Origin: Escherichia coli
GTDB lineage: Bacteria; Pseudomonadota; Gammaproteobacteria; Enterobacterales; Enterobacteriaceae
Length of the DNA stretch: 64,000 nt
Direction: 5' to 3' (one strand)
Assembly: GCF_013122565.1 (NCBI RefSeq)
Contig: NZ_CP053258.1
Numbering within the stretch: the first letter of the stretch is position 1; each line of letters opens with the position of its first letter. The notes under the pieces were generated by a model. The model saw nothing but the letters and a program-made list of their open reading frames with translations, was not told the DNA's origin and did no database searches. The position numbers and the translations under genes are program-made. Of this stretch, positions 1-10,909 are shown one piece after another.

Positions 1-7
1 TTGGGCA

Positions 8-763
8 ATGGCAGTCGGCGCGCCTTATGCCATTGCGGGTAACAATCACTGGGCGCGACGAGTCGTTAATGATGATTCCGAGGAAGCAGAGAATGATTGC
101 AAAAGTGAAGTTGAGTCCCTTGCTGACATGTGGGGCGTCTTTGATCGGGATTCGTTACTTGAGCAACTCTTAGCTTTGTTTGTTGCAGGGCATCGTTCAG
201 TTTATGAAGAACAGATCAAAAACGATAGCGAAATGCCGGATGCTGAATATCGCGCGTTCGCTCAGCAATTAGCCCAGAACGCGAAATCAAGTAGCGAAGC
301 GAAAGAGCGTTTGTGGCAGCTACAGATGGTCAGAAAAAATCGACGTAAAATATGCGATATAGATTTTTGTGCCTGGGATATGGTGCGTTTTGTCATGCTA
401 TGTAATAGCGGGGCGCAAGTGGGATACATTACCCAGCGTGAAATGGTCGATTTTTCGATGCTGGCAGCCAGACGCGTACAGCAACATTACAGAAGCTGGC
501 GCGAATTGGCCGGGCATTTTTTGCTGGCCCGTTGGTACTGGAAAGCAACGGATAAACGGCACCTGATTACCCATATTCTTTTTAAGAAAGCCATTACATC
601 TTTATTAAAAGAGCAGGGGAGTCCGTGGCGTACTTTACCCTGGGATACTCCATTACCTGAAGGAACAGAGACGGCTTTTGCCTGGGCTTGTGGCGTAAGC
701 ACTGCCGATGTAGTAGAGGTGCGATTGGATACACCAGATAAAGCAATCTACGAAGCGAATTGA
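8..763 (+). CDS. DUF1266-family protein (YbeU/YbeR-like); may be 5'-incomplete at window edge
   Basis: 251-aa ORF; reading frame stays open to position 2 so true start may lie upstream; sequence resembles DUF1266 proteins by eye; no gene recalled at this position in K-12. Confidence 0.5.
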   Translation: MAVGAPYAIAGNNHWARRVVNDDSEEAENDCKSEVESLADMWGVFDRDSLLEQLLALFVAGHRSVYEEQIKNDSEMPDAEYRAFAQQLAQNAKSSSEAKERLWQLQMVRKNRRKICDIDFCAWDMVRFVMLCNSGAQVGYITQREMVDFSMLAARRVQQHYRSWRELAGHFLLARWYWKATDKRHLITHILFKKAITSLLKEQGSPWRTLPWDTPLPEGTETAFAWACGVSTADVVEVRLDTPDKAIYEAN

Positions 764-811
764 TGCTCCAAATGATTGAACTTGTTTAATGACTGTGGCC
801 GGCTCTGAATG

Positions 812-842
812 AAAATTTCTCCGACATTCCTGTCGGAGAAAT
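812..842 (-). terminator. hairpin plus U-run downstream of loiP (intrinsic terminator candidate)
   Basis: inverted repeat tttctccgaca/tgtcggagaaa followed on minus strand by ttttcattc. Confidence 0.5.
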
Positions 843-848
843 ATGAAA

Positions 849-1607
849 TTACTTAACCCCATCCGCGCTCATGCGATCGCGAATATGCTGGGCGCGTTCG
901 GCGGATGCCGGGTGGTCGTCAAACATTGAGCTTTGACGGCCTTCTTCCAGCTTCGCCAGTTTTTCAAAGCTGGTGGCAAGACCTGCCGGGCTGATGCCGC
1001 GTTGGCGCAGAAGATCGTAAGAATAATCATCGGCTTCTGCTTCCTGGCGCTGGGAGAATTGCGAATTGACTAATTTCTCGCCCAGATCACCAAGTTGTGA
1101 TTGAGATAAACTGCCGACAATCCCGCCCGCAGAGGCCGCAGCTACTCGCACGGCATTTGTACCAAGCGCTACCTGCATCCCTTTCTTCACATGGCCTAAC
1201 GCCACGTGCCCCATTTCGTGACCGATCACCGCTTCGACTTCGTTATCCGTCATCATATCCATCAGCCCGCTATAGACGCGGATACAGCCGTTAGCCATTG
1301 CAAAGGCGTTCACATCCTTCGCCATATACACTTTGTAATTTACCGGCTGACCGTTGATATTGTTGCCTAGCGCATTGGCAATAGTTGTCAGACGTTTAGC
1401 ATATTCGCTATTGGCTGGCGCAATCGTCGCCTTGCTGTCCATCTCCTGACATGCCTGATCGCTCAGGGCTTTCACCTGCGCATCACTCAAACTGTAAGCC
1501 TGAAAAGCTTCCGCTCCTGATGAAAGCAGTCCGTTGGAGTCCATATTCTGGCAACCGGTCAGTACCGTTGCCACGCTCATTGCTACCAATAAGGCGCGAA
1601 TTTTCAT
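849..1607 (-). CDS. loiP: metalloprotease LoiP (M48 family, HEMGH motif)
   Basis: ORF track 849..1826; start moved to MKIRALLVAMS (signal peptide, 252 aa); HEMGHVALGH zinc motif. Confidence 0.9.
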   Translation of the reverse strand: MKIRALLVAMSVATVLTGCQNMDSNGLLSSGAEAFQAYSLSDAQVKALSDQACQEMDSKATIAPANSEYAKRLTTIANALGNNINGQPVNYKVYMAKDVNAFAMANGCIRVYSGLMDMMTDNEVEAVIGHEMGHVALGHVKKGMQVALGTNAVRVAAASAGGIVGSLSQSQLGDLGEKLVNSQFSQRQEAEADDYSYDLLRQRGISPAGLATSFEKLAKLEEGRQSSMFDDHPASAERAQHIRDRMSADGVK

Positions 1608-1884
1608 GTTTTCTCTTCCGCACAAGGTCAGGATTATTCTAAAAATGCGCCGTTTGCAGGTGAATCGACGCTCAGTCTCAGTATAAGGAAAAGCGCAGCA
1701 GACGGGCGAGAAGATTGCGCAACATGCGAGCATGATCCAGAGATTTCTGAAGCGGCAAAAGGATGTTCCATGTACATGACGCGCGGCTTGCGGTAAATTG
1801 TTGGCAAATTTTCCGGCGTAGCCCAAAACGCGCTGTCGTCAAGTCGTTAAGGGCGTGCCCTTCATCATCCGATCTGGAGTCAAA

Positions 1885-3876
1885 ATGTCCTCACGTAAAG
1901 AGCTTGCCAATGCTATTCGTGCGCTGAGCATGGACGCAGTACAGAAAGCCAAATCCGGTCACCCGGGTGCCCCTATGGGTATGGCTGACATTGCCGAAGT
2001 CCTGTGGCGTGATTTCCTGAAACACAACCCGCAGAATCCGTCCTGGGCTGACCGTGACCGCTTCGTGCTGTCCAACGGCCACGGCTCCATGCTGATCTAC
2101 AGCCTGCTGCACCTCACCGGTTACGATCTGCCGATGGAAGAACTGAAAAACTTCCGTCAGCTGCACTCTAAAACTCCGGGCCACCCGGAAGTGGGTTACA
2201 CCGCTGGTGTGGAAACCACCACCGGTCCGCTGGGTCAGGGTATTGCCAACGCAGTCGGTATGGCGATTGCAGAAAAAACGCTGGCGGCGCAGTTTAACCG
2301 TCCGGGCCACGACATTGTCGACCACTACACCTACGCCTTCATGGGCGACGGCTGCATGATGGAAGGCATCTCCCACGAAGTTTGCTCTCTGGCGGGTACG
2401 CTGAAGCTGGGTAAACTGATTGCATTCTACGATGACAACGGTATTTCTATCGATGGTCACGTTGAAGGCTGGTTCACCGACGACACCGCAATGCGTTTCG
2501 AAGCTTACGGCTGGCACGTTATTCGCGACATCGACGGTCATGACGCAGCATCCATCAAACGCGCAGTAGAAGAAGCGCGCGCAGTGACTGACAAACCGTC
2601 CCTGCTGATGTGCAAAACCATCATCGGTTTCGGTTCCCCGAACAAAGCCGGTACCCACGATTCCCACGGTGCGCCGCTGGGCGACGCTGAAATTGCCCTG
2701 ACCCGCGAACAGCTGGGCTGGAAATACGCGCCGTTCGAAATCCCGTCTGAAATCTATGCTCAGTGGGATGCGAAAGAAGCAGGCCAGGCGAAAGAATCCG
2801 CATGGAACGAGAAATTCGCTGCTTACGCGAAAGCTTATCCGCAGGAAGCCGCTGAATTTACCCGCCGTATGAAAGGCGAAATGCCGTCTGACTTCGACGC
2901 TAAAGCGAAAGAGTTCATCGCTAAACTTCAGGCTAATCCGGCGAAAATCGCCAGCCGTAAAGCGTCTCAGAATGCTATTGAAGCGTTCGGCCCGCTGTTG
3001 CCGGAATTCCTCGGCGGCTCTGCTGACCTGGCACCGTCTAACCTAACTCTGTGGTCTGGTTCTAAAGCAATCAACGAAGATGCTGCGGGTAACTACATCC
3101 ATTACGGTGTTCGCGAGTTCGGTATGACCGCGATTGCTAACGGTATCTCCCTGCACGGTGGTTTCCTGCCGTACACCTCCACCTTCCTGATGTTTGTGGA
3201 ATACGCACGTAACGCCGTACGTATGGCTGCGCTGATGAAACAGCGTCAGGTTATGGTTTACACCCATGACTCCATCGGTCTGGGCGAAGATGGCCCGACT
3301 CACCAGCCGGTAGAGCAGGTTGCTTCTCTGCGCGTGACCCCGAACATGTCTACATGGCGTCCGTGTGACCAGGTTGAATCCGCGGTTGCGTGGAAATACG
3401 GTGTTGAGCGTCAGGACGGCCCGACTGCGCTGATCCTCTCCCGTCAGAACCTGGCGCAGCAGGAGCGTACCGAAGAGCAGCTGGCAAACATCGCGCGCGG
3501 TGGTTATGTGCTGAAAGACTGTGTCGGTCAGCCGGAACTGATCTTCATCGCGACCGGTTCTGAAGTTGAACTGGCTGTCGCTGCCTACGAAAAACTGACT
3601 GCTGAAGGCGTGAAAGCGCGCGTGGTTTCCATGCCGTCTACCGACGCATTCGACAAGCAGGACGCGGCTTACCGTGAGTCTGTCCTGCCGAAAGCGGTTA
3701 CTGCACGCGTTGCGGTAGAAGCGGGTATTGCTGACTACTGGTACAAGTATGTTGGCCTGAACGGTGCTATCGTCGGCATGACCACCTTCGGTGAATCTGC
3801 TCCGGCAGAGCTGCTGTTTGAAGAGTTCGGCTTCACCGTTGACAACGTTGTTGCGAAAGCCAAAGCGCTGCTGTAA
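1885..3876 (+). CDS. tktA: transketolase 1
   Basis: 663 aa from [12 protein letters not shown]; RBS ggagt upstream; matches TktA as recalled. Confidence 0.95.
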   Translation: MSSRKELANAIRALSMDAVQKAKSGHPGAPMGMADIAEVLWRDFLKHNPQNPSWADRDRFVLSNGHGSMLIYSLLHLTGYDLPMEELKNFRQLHSKTPGHPEVGYTAGVETTTGPLGQGIANAVGMAIAEKTLAAQFNRPGHDIVDHYTYAFMGDGCMMEGISHEVCSLAGTLKLGKLIAFYDDNGISIDGHVEGWFTDDTAMRFEAYGWHVIRDIDGHDAASIKRAVEEARAVTDKPSLLMCKTIIGFGSPNKAGTHDSHGAPLGDAEIALTREQLGWKYAPFEIPSEIYAQWDAKEAGQAKESAWNEKFAAYAKAYPQEAAEFTRRMKGEMPSDFDAKAKEFIAKLQANPAKIASRKASQNAIEAFGPLLPEFLGGSADLAPSNLTLWSGSKAINEDAAGNYIHYGVREFGMTAIANGISLHGGFLPYTSTFLMFVEYARNAVRMAALMKQRQVMVYTHDSIGLGEDGPTHQPVEQVASLRVTPNMSTWRPCDQVESAVAWKYGVERQDGPTALILSRQNLAQQERTEEQLANIARGGYVLKDCVGQPELIFIATGSEVELAVAAYEKLTAEGVKARVVSMPSTDAFDKQDAAYRESVLPKAVTARVAVEAGIADYWYKYVGLNGAIVGMTTFGESAPAELLFEEFGFTVDNVVAKAKALL

Positions 3877-3895
3877 TCAGTAAGACGTTTTGTGA

Positions 3896-4243
<348 letters not shown>

Positions 4244-4245
4244 CA

Positions 4246-4270
4246 AGGGCCGCAAATGCGGTCCTTTTTT
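4246..4270 (+). terminator. hairpin plus T-run (third, degenerate copy of the BIME hairpin)
   Basis: aagggccgcaaatgcggtcc followed by ttttttatt. Confidence 0.5.
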
Positions 4271-5177
4271 ATTTAGTTGAGATAAACGGAACGGTGCTGC
4301 CGGGGATCATGGTATCGGGCAGTTTACCGTCCCAACGTTCGGCAGTGGTGAGGGCTACAAGTCCGGGATTATCCCGCAGAGCTTCACCGCGCAGGCGGAT
4401 TGCTTCTGCTTCAGCCGCACTTTTTAAACGAATAGTTTCAGCCTCTGCCGCGCCTCTTACGCGAATAGTTTCCGCTTCTGCTTTGGCTGCCGCCAGTTTA
4501 CTGTCTGCTTCTGCCTGGGCCTGAGTTACCGCTATTTGCGCCTGGATTTTCTCTGTTTCCAGATTTTGCTTACGCGTGGCAATGGCGACTTCTGCTTTCA
4601 TTCGGTCTTCAATCGACTTTTCATAAGCGTCAGAAAAATCAATATTTTCAATCTGGACCCCGTCAATTACCACTGGCCCAACAACCGCTTTGCGCATCGC
4701 ATTTTGCAGATCCTGAACCAGTTTTGTACGATCCTGTACGGCGCTGATGGCGGTATATTGGCCGAAAACGTTCTCCAGTTGAGTTGGCAACTGACGGACA
4801 ATCAGACGATCTTTTAATGCTTCAATGGTGTTGTAGGTGGTATAAACCGCGCCTGCTTCTGAAGGTTTAATGTGGAAGCTGACTGATACTGTCATTTGTG
4901 CCGGTTGCTGGTCGCGGCTGTAGGCCTGTAATCCCTGATAGACCACAGCCTGATTACGCGTGGAAATTTTCTCCACGCTTTCCATAAACGGGATCTTAAA
5001 ACCCAGACCCGGCTCGGCAACTTTTACGATTTTTCCGTAGCGCAGCAAAATGCCGCGTTCACCTTCATTAACGGTGTAATACGAGAGAAATGGCAGCACA
5101 ACCACGGCAAGCACGCCAATGGCGATAGCAATAGATTTTTGAGGGCGAAATGAGGTTATAGAAACAGGTGCTTTCAT
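4269..5177 (-). CDS. SPFH/band-7 (prohibitin/HflC-like) membrane protein
   Basis: 302 aa; N-terminal TM helix, SPFH core, Ala/Glu-rich C-terminal repeats; not YqiK/QmcA/HflKC by sequence recall. Confidence 0.75.
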   Translation of the reverse strand: MKAPVSITSFRPQKSIAIAIGVLAVVVLPFLSYYTVNEGERGILLRYGKIVKVAEPGLGFKIPFMESVEKISTRNQAVVYQGLQAYSRDQQPAQMTVSVSFHIKPSEAGAVYTTYNTIEALKDRLIVRQLPTQLENVFGQYTAISAVQDRTKLVQDLQNAMRKAVVGPVVIDGVQIENIDFSDAYEKSIEDRMKAEVAIATRKQNLETEKIQAQIAVTQAQAEADSKLAAAKAEAETIRVRGAAEAETIRLKSAAEAEAIRLRGEALRDNPGLVALTTAERWDGKLPDTMIPGSTVPFISTK

Positions 5178-5554
5178 GACAATCTTCCTTGAGTAAAGTG
5201 TGGGAATATGTCACATGAGATGAGGAGAAAACAGCCGACAGGTGAGAATTCAGAATCTATAAAGGGGTATAGCGAAAAAACATTGCATTAGAAAAGTATG
5301 TTTTCGAACATTCAATAAATAAATAGAGACATGCATCACAAATACAATAACAAACAAAGCGTTGATTTTGTGATAAACATAACAAATACAAAGTCGACTT
5401 TAAAAATATCAATTTCATATTGTTGTTATTTAAGCTTTTATTATTTTGGTTTGTGGGGTTTTTCTTCTCGCGTACCCAATTGCTTTCATTAAATCGCACG
5501 AGTATTTTATTTTTACCGCCGGACGGTACCCTAAAAATAAAATAAGGATAATTT

Positions 5555-5998
5555 ATGCGGCTTAGTGATTATTTTCCAGAATCATCAATCTCAGTTATAC
5601 ATTCAGCAAAAGATTGGCAGGAAGCTATCGATTTCTCGATGGTATCATTGCTGGATAAAAACTATATCAGCGAGAATTACATTCAGGCAATTAAAGATTC
5701 CACTATTAACAATGGCCCTTATTATATTCTCGCACCAGGCGTGGCAATGCCTCATGCGCGACCGGAATGTGGGGCGCTTAAAACCGGGATGTCTTTGACG
5801 TTACTTAAACAAGGCGTTTATTTCCCGGAGAATGACGAACCGATTAAATTACTCATCGGACTTTCTGCTGCCGATGCCGATTCGCACATTGGCGCTATTC
5901 AGGCGTTAAGTGAATTACTGTGCGAAGAAGAAATACTCGAACAACTCTTAACAGCATCATCAGAAAAACAATTAGCGGACATTATCAGCCGCGGATAA
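5555..5998 (+). CDS. cmtB: PTS mannitol-like IIA component
   Basis: 147 aa, matches CmtB as recalled. Confidence 0.9.
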   Translation: MRLSDYFPESSISVIHSAKDWQEAIDFSMVSLLDKNYISENYIQAIKDSTINNGPYYILAPGVAMPHARPECGALKTGMSLTLLKQGVYFPENDEPIKLLIGLSAADADSHIGAIQALSELLCEEEILEQLLTASSEKQLADIISRG

Positions 5999-6025
5999 TT
6001 ACTCTCTCCTCTACAGGATAATATT

Positions 6026-7414
6026 ATGGAAAACAAGTCTGCTCGTGCAAAGGTCCAGGCTTTTGGGGGCTTTTTGACGGCAATGGTCATCCCCAATATC
6101 GGTGCTTTTATTGCCTGGGGCTTTATAACTGCGTTATTTATTCCCACCGGTTGGCTGCCGAATGAACATTTCGCCAAAATTGTCGGCCCGATGATTACCT
6201 ATTTATTGCCCGTGATGATTGGTTCTACCGGTGGTCACCTGGTCGGCGGTAAACGCGGGGCGGTCATGGGCGGAATAGGTACTATTGGTGTGATCGTCGG
6301 CGCTGAAATCCCGATGTTCCTTGGCTCGATGATTATGGGGCCGCTCGGTGGTCTGGTGATTAAATATATCGACAAGGCGCTGGAAAAACGCATACCTGCC
6401 GGTTTTGAGATGGTTATCAATAACTTCTCATTAGGTATCGCGGGGATGCTCCTTTGTCTGCTGGGTTTTGAAGTGATCGGCCCGGCGGTGTTAATTGCCA
6501 ATACTTTCGTCAAAGAGTGTATCGAGGCGCTGGTACATGCGGGTTATCTGCCTCTGCTGTCAGTTATCAATGAACCGGCGAAAGTGCTTTTCCTCAATAA
6601 TGCGATCGATCAGGGCGTCTATTATCCGCTGGGAATGCAACAGGCTTCTGAAACGGGTAAATCCATCTTCTTTATGGTGGCGTCCAATCCGGGGCCTGGA
6701 TTAGGGCTGCTGCTGGCGTTTACCTTGTTTGGTAAAGGGATGAGTAAACGTTCTGCGCCCGGGGCGATGATTATTCACTTCCTCGGTGGGATCCACGAAC
6801 TGTATTTCCCGTATGTGCTGATGAAGCCGCTGACCATTATTGCCATGATTGCGGGCGGTATGTCTGGCACCTGGATATTTAACTTACTGGACGGTGGTCT
6901 GGTGGCTGGCCCAAGTCCGGGGTCTATCTTTGCGTACCTGGCACTGACGCCGAAAGGCTCGTTCCTGGCGACAATTGCTGGTGTTACGGTAGGTACCCTG
7001 GTGTCCTTTGCTATCACTTCGCTGATACTGAAGATGGAAAAAACGGTGGAAACGGAGAGCGAAGATGATTTTGCTCAGTCAGCCAATGCGGTTAAGGCGA
7101 TGAAACAAGAGGGTGCATTCTCATTAAGCCGTGTTAAGCGTATCGCTTTTGTTTGCGATGCAGGGATGGGATCGAGTGCGATGGGCGCGACCACCTTCCG
7201 TAAACGCCTGGAAAAAGCGGGGCTGGCAATAGAAGTAAAACATTACGCGATAGAAAACGTGCCTGCGGATGCGGATATCGTCGTTACTCATGCCAGTCTG
7301 GAAGGGCGCGTGAAACGTGTGACGGATAAACCGCTGATATTGATTAATAACTATATTGGCGATCCAAAACTCGACACTTTATTTAATCAATTAACCGCCG
7401 AACATAAACACTGA
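6026..7414 (+). CDS. cmtA: PTS mannitol-like IICB component
   Basis: 462 aa polytopic membrane protein. Confidence 0.9.
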   Translation: MENKSARAKVQAFGGFLTAMVIPNIGAFIAWGFITALFIPTGWLPNEHFAKIVGPMITYLLPVMIGSTGGHLVGGKRGAVMGGIGTIGVIVGAEIPMFLGSMIMGPLGGLVIKYIDKALEKRIPAGFEMVINNFSLGIAGMLLCLLGFEVIGPAVLIANTFVKECIEALVHAGYLPLLSVINEPAKVLFLNNAIDQGVYYPLGMQQASETGKSIFFMVASNPGPGLGLLLAFTLFGKGMSKRSAPGAMIIHFLGGIHELYFPYVLMKPLTIIAMIAGGMSGTWIFNLLDGGLVAGPSPGSIFAYLALTPKGSFLATIAGVTVGTLVSFAITSLILKMEKTVETESEDDFAQSANAVKAMKQEGAFSLSRVKRIAFVCDAGMGSSAMGATTFRKRLEKAGLAIEVKHYAIENVPADADIVVTHASLEGRVKRVTDKPLILINNYIGDPKLDTLFNQLTAEHKH

Positions 7415-7428
7415 TTACAGAGGTAAAA

Positions 7429-8706
7429 ATGAAAACCAAAGTTGCTGCTATTTATGGCAAGCGGGATGTCCGTCTGCGCGAATTTGAACTGCCAGAAATT
7501 ACCGATAATGAACTGCTGGTGAGTGTAATTTCTGACAGCGTCTGTTTATCGACCTGGAAAGCGGCGTTACTCGGTAGTGAACATAAACGCGTACCCGACG
7601 ATTTAGAAAATCATCCGGTCATTACCGGGCATGAATGTGCCGGGGTTATTGTCGAAGTGGGTAAAAATCTCACTGGCAAATATAAAAAAGGCCAGCGTTT
7701 TGTATTGCAACCGGCGATGGGGTTACCAAGCGGATATTCAGCGGGCTACAGCTACGAATATTTTGGCGGCAATGCCACTTATATGATTATTCCCGAAATC
7801 GCCATTAATTTGGGCTGCGTATTACCGTATCACGGCTCTTATTTTGCTGCGGCGTCGCTGGCAGAGCCTATGTGCTGCATTATTGGTGCTTATCATGCCA
7901 ATTATCACACCACGCAATATGTTTATGAGCATCGCATGGGCGTCAAACCTGGCGGCAATATTGCACTGCTGGCGTGTGCAGGTCCGATGGGCATTGGCGC
8001 TATCGATTACGCCATTAACGGCGGCATACAACCGTCGCGGGTGGTGGTGGTCGATATCGACGACAAACGCCTGGCGCAGGTACAGAAGCTGCTGCCGGTG
8101 GAACTGGCGGCCAGTAAAGGCATTGAGCTGGTGTATGTGAATACCAAAGGGATGAGCGATCCAGTCCAGATGCTGCGGGCGCTTACAGGAGATGCCGGGT
8201 TCGATGACATTTTTGTTTATGCGGCGGTGCCTGCTGTCGTTGAGATGGCTGACGAATTACTGGCGGAAGATGGCTGTCTGAACTTCTTTGCTGGTCCGAC
8301 GGATAAAAACTTCAAAGTGCCGTTTAATTTCTACAACGTCCATTACAACAGCACGCACGTCGTCGGTACATCCGGCGGTTCAACAGACGACATGAAAGAG
8401 GCGATTGCCCTTAGCGCCACAGGGCAGTTACAGCCGTCGTTTATGGTGACCCATATCGGTGGCCTGGATGCGGTGCCAGAAACCGTGCTCAATCTGCCGG
8501 ATATCCCTGGCGGAAAAAAACTCATTTATAACGGCGTGACTATGCCGCTCACTGCCATTGCCGATTTTGCCGAAAAAGGCAAAACCGATCCGCTGTTTAA
8601 AGAGTTGGCGCGGCTGGTTGAGGAAACGCACGGCATCTGGAATGAGCAGGCCGAGATATATCTGCTGGCGCAATTTGGCGTTGATATCGGGGAGGCCGCG
8701 CAATGA
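7429..8706 (+). CDS. yggP: zinc-dependent sugar-phosphate dehydrogenase (sorbose-1-P reductase-like)
   Basis: 425 aa. Confidence 0.85.
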   Translation: MKTKVAAIYGKRDVRLREFELPEITDNELLVSVISDSVCLSTWKAALLGSEHKRVPDDLENHPVITGHECAGVIVEVGKNLTGKYKKGQRFVLQPAMGLPSGYSAGYSYEYFGGNATYMIIPEIAINLGCVLPYHGSYFAAASLAEPMCCIIGAYHANYHTTQYVYEHRMGVKPGGNIALLACAGPMGIGAIDYAINGGIQPSRVVVVDIDDKRLAQVQKLLPVELAASKGIELVYVNTKGMSDPVQMLRALTGDAGFDDIFVYAAVPAVVEMADELLAEDGCLNFFAGPTDKNFKVPFNFYNVHYNSTHVVGTSGGSTDDMKEAIALSATGQLQPSFMVTHIGGLDAVPETVLNLPDIPGGKKLIYNGVTMPLTAIADFAEKGKTDPLFKELARLVEETHGIWNEQAEIYLLAQFGVDIGEAAQ

Positions 8707-9668
8707 TGTCCCTGGCGTGGCCATTATTTCGCGTTACGGAACAGGCAGCGTTGGCTGCCTGGCCGCAAACCGGATGTGGCGACAAAAATAAAATTGATGG
8801 CCTGGCGGTCACCGCGATGCGCCAGGCATTAAACGACGTTGCTTTTCGTGGGCGAGTGGTTATCGGCGAAGGAGAAATTGACCATGCGCCGATGTTGTGG
8901 ATTGGCGAAGAGGTGGGCAAAGGCGATGGGCCAGAAGTCGATATCGCGGTTGACCCGATCGAAGGCACGCGAATGGTGGCGATGGGGCAGAGCAATGCGC
9001 TGGCGGTCATGGCTTTCGCCCCTCGGGATAGCCTGTTACATGCGCCCGATATGTATATGAAAAAGCTGGTTGTTAATCGGCTGGCGGCGGGCGCGATTGA
9101 TCTGTCTTTGCCTCTGACGGACAACCTGCGCAACGTAGCGAAAGCGTTAGGCAAACCGCTGGACAAGCTGCGCATGGTTACGCTGGATAAACCGCGCCTG
9201 AGTGCCGCAATTGAGGAAGCAAAGCAACTGGGCGTGAAGGTTTTCGCTCTGCCGGATGGCGATGTCGCCGCCAGCGTGCTGACCTGCTGGCAGGATAATC
9301 CTTACGACGTGATGTACACCATCGGCGGTGCGCCAGAAGGCGTGATTTCTGCCTGTGCCGTTAAAGCATTAGGCGGGGATATGCAGGCCGAGCTGATTGA
9401 CTTTTGTCAGGCTAAAGGGGATTACACGGAAAATCGGCAGATTGCAGAGCAGGAGCGCAAGCGTTGCAAGGCAATGGGCGTTGACGTTAACCGTGTGTAC
9501 TCGCTCGATGAACTGGTGAGGGGGAACGATATCCTCTTTAGCGCTACGGGCGTGACGGGCGGTGAGCTGGTGAACGGTATCCAACAGACGGCGAATGGGG
9601 TGCGGACGCAGACATTACTGATCGGCGGCGCGGACCAAACGTGTAATATAATAGACTCCCTGCATTGA
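8703..9668 (+). CDS. yggF: fructose-1,6-bisphosphatase class II (GlpX-like)
   Basis: 321 aa; ATG overlaps yggP stop (caATGa). Confidence 0.85.
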   Translation: MMSLAWPLFRVTEQAALAAWPQTGCGDKNKIDGLAVTAMRQALNDVAFRGRVVIGEGEIDHAPMLWIGEEVGKGDGPEVDIAVDPIEGTRMVAMGQSNALAVMAFAPRDSLLHAPDMYMKKLVVNRLAAGAIDLSLPLTDNLRNVAKALGKPLDKLRMVTLDKPRLSAAIEEAKQLGVKVFALPDGDVAASVLTCWQDNPYDVMYTIGGAPEGVISACAVKALGGDMQAELIDFCQAKGDYTENRQIAEQERKRCKAMGVDVNRVYSLDELVRGNDILFSATGVTGGELVNGIQQTANGVRTQTLLIGGADQTCNIIDSLH

Positions 9669-9689
9669 TGGTGATCTATCGGAAGACCA

Positions 9690-10199
9690 ATGGCGACGCT
9701 GACAGAAGATGATGTGCTTGAGCAACTGGATGCACAGGACAATTTATTTTCATTTATGAATACTGCGCATTCTATTTTGCTCCAGGGGATACGCCAGTTT
9801 CTGCCGTCGCTGTTTGTCGATAACGATGAAGAGATCGTCGAATATGCAGTGAAGCCGTTACTCGCCCAAAGCGGCCCGCTTGACGATATTGATGTTGCAC
9901 TGCGTTTGATTTATGCGCTGGGGAAAATGGATAAATGGCTGTACGCCGATATCACGCATTTTTCCCAGTTCTGGCATTACCTGAACGAACAGGATGAAAC
10001 GCCCGGATTTGCCGATGTCATGACCTGGGATTTTATCAGCAACGTCAATAGCATAACCTGCAATGCGACGCTCTATGACGCGTTGAAAGCGATGAAGTTC
10101 GCCGATTTCGCCGTCTGGTCAGAGGCGCGTTTTAGCGGAATGGTCAAAACGGCGCTGACGCTGGCAGTAACGACCACCTTAAAGGAATTAACGCCGTGA
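9690..10199 (+). CDS. yggD: MtlR-like regulator
   Basis: 169 aa. Confidence 0.85.
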   Translation: MATLTEDDVLEQLDAQDNLFSFMNTAHSILLQGIRQFLPSLFVDNDEEIVEYAVKPLLAQSGPLDDIDVALRLIYALGKMDKWLYADITHFSQFWHYLNEQDETPGFADVMTWDFISNVNSITCNATLYDALKAMKFADFAVWSEARFSGMVKTALTLAVTTTLKELTP

Positions 10200-10909
10200 A
10201 AATTGAATTAACGGTGAATGGGCTGAAGATACAGGCACAGTACCAGAACGAAGAGATTGAAAATGTACATAAACCGTTGCTGCGTATGCTGGCGGCCTTA
10301 CAGACGGTAAATCCGCAGCGGCGTACGGTGGTTTTTCTTTGCGCTCCGCCGGGGACGGGTAAATCTACCCTAACTACCTTCTGGGAATATCTCGCGCAAC
10401 AAGACCCGGAACTGCCCGCTATTCAGACGCTGCCGATGGATGGTTTTCACCATTACAATAGCTGGCTGGATGCGCATCAATTGCGCCCCTTCAAAGGCGC
10501 ACCAGAGACATTTGACGTTGCGAAACTGGCGGAAAATCTGCGCCAGGTCGTGGAAGGGGATTGTACGTGGCCGCAGTACGATCGACAAAAGCATGATCCT
10601 GTTGAAGATGCGTTGCACGTTACCGCACCACTCGTCATCGTCGAAGGAAACTGGTTGTTGCTGGACGACGAGAAGTGGTGCCAGCTAGCGCAGTTTTGTG
10701 ATTTCTCGATCTTTATCAATGCGCCAGCTACTGCGTTGCGGGAACGACTGGTGGGGCGCAAGCTGGCGGGAGGGTTATCGCTGGCAGACGCAGAAGCTTT
10801 TTATGACCGTACCGACGGGCCGAATGTTCGCCGGGTGCTGGAAGAGAGTCTGCCTGCAAATTTGACCTTAATGATGACCGCTACGGGTGAATATCGTCTG
10901 GTGGATTAA
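10196..10909 (+). CDS. yggC: P-loop kinase (uridine/pantothenate kinase-like)
   Basis: 237 aa, GTG start overlapping yggD stop (GTGA); Walker A APPGTGKST. Confidence 0.85.
   Translation: MKIELTVNGLKIQAQYQNEEIENVHKPLLRMLAALQTVNPQRRTVVFLCAPPGTGKSTLTTFWEYLAQQDPELPAIQTLPMDGFHHYNSWLDAHQLRPFKGAPETFDVAKLAENLRQVVEGDCTWPQYDRQKHDPVEDALHVTAPLVIVEGNWLLLDDEKWCQLAQFCDFSIFINAPATALRERLVGRKLAGGLSLADAEAFYDRTDGPNVRRVLEESLPANLTLMMTATGEYRLVD

Noticed and set aside
849-1826. N-terminally extended ORF-track calls for loiP (also epd, pgk, fbaA, rpiA, gcvT, pepP, scpA, scpB, uacT, ygfT)
   Set aside because: The upstream extensions read through promoter or ERIC sequence; internal ATGs with RBS context give the recalled protein lengths.
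5257-5499. 80-aa minus-strand ORF in the cmtB upstream AT-rich tract
   Set aside because: Low-complexity Asn/Lys-rich translation of AT-rich DNA with no RBS.
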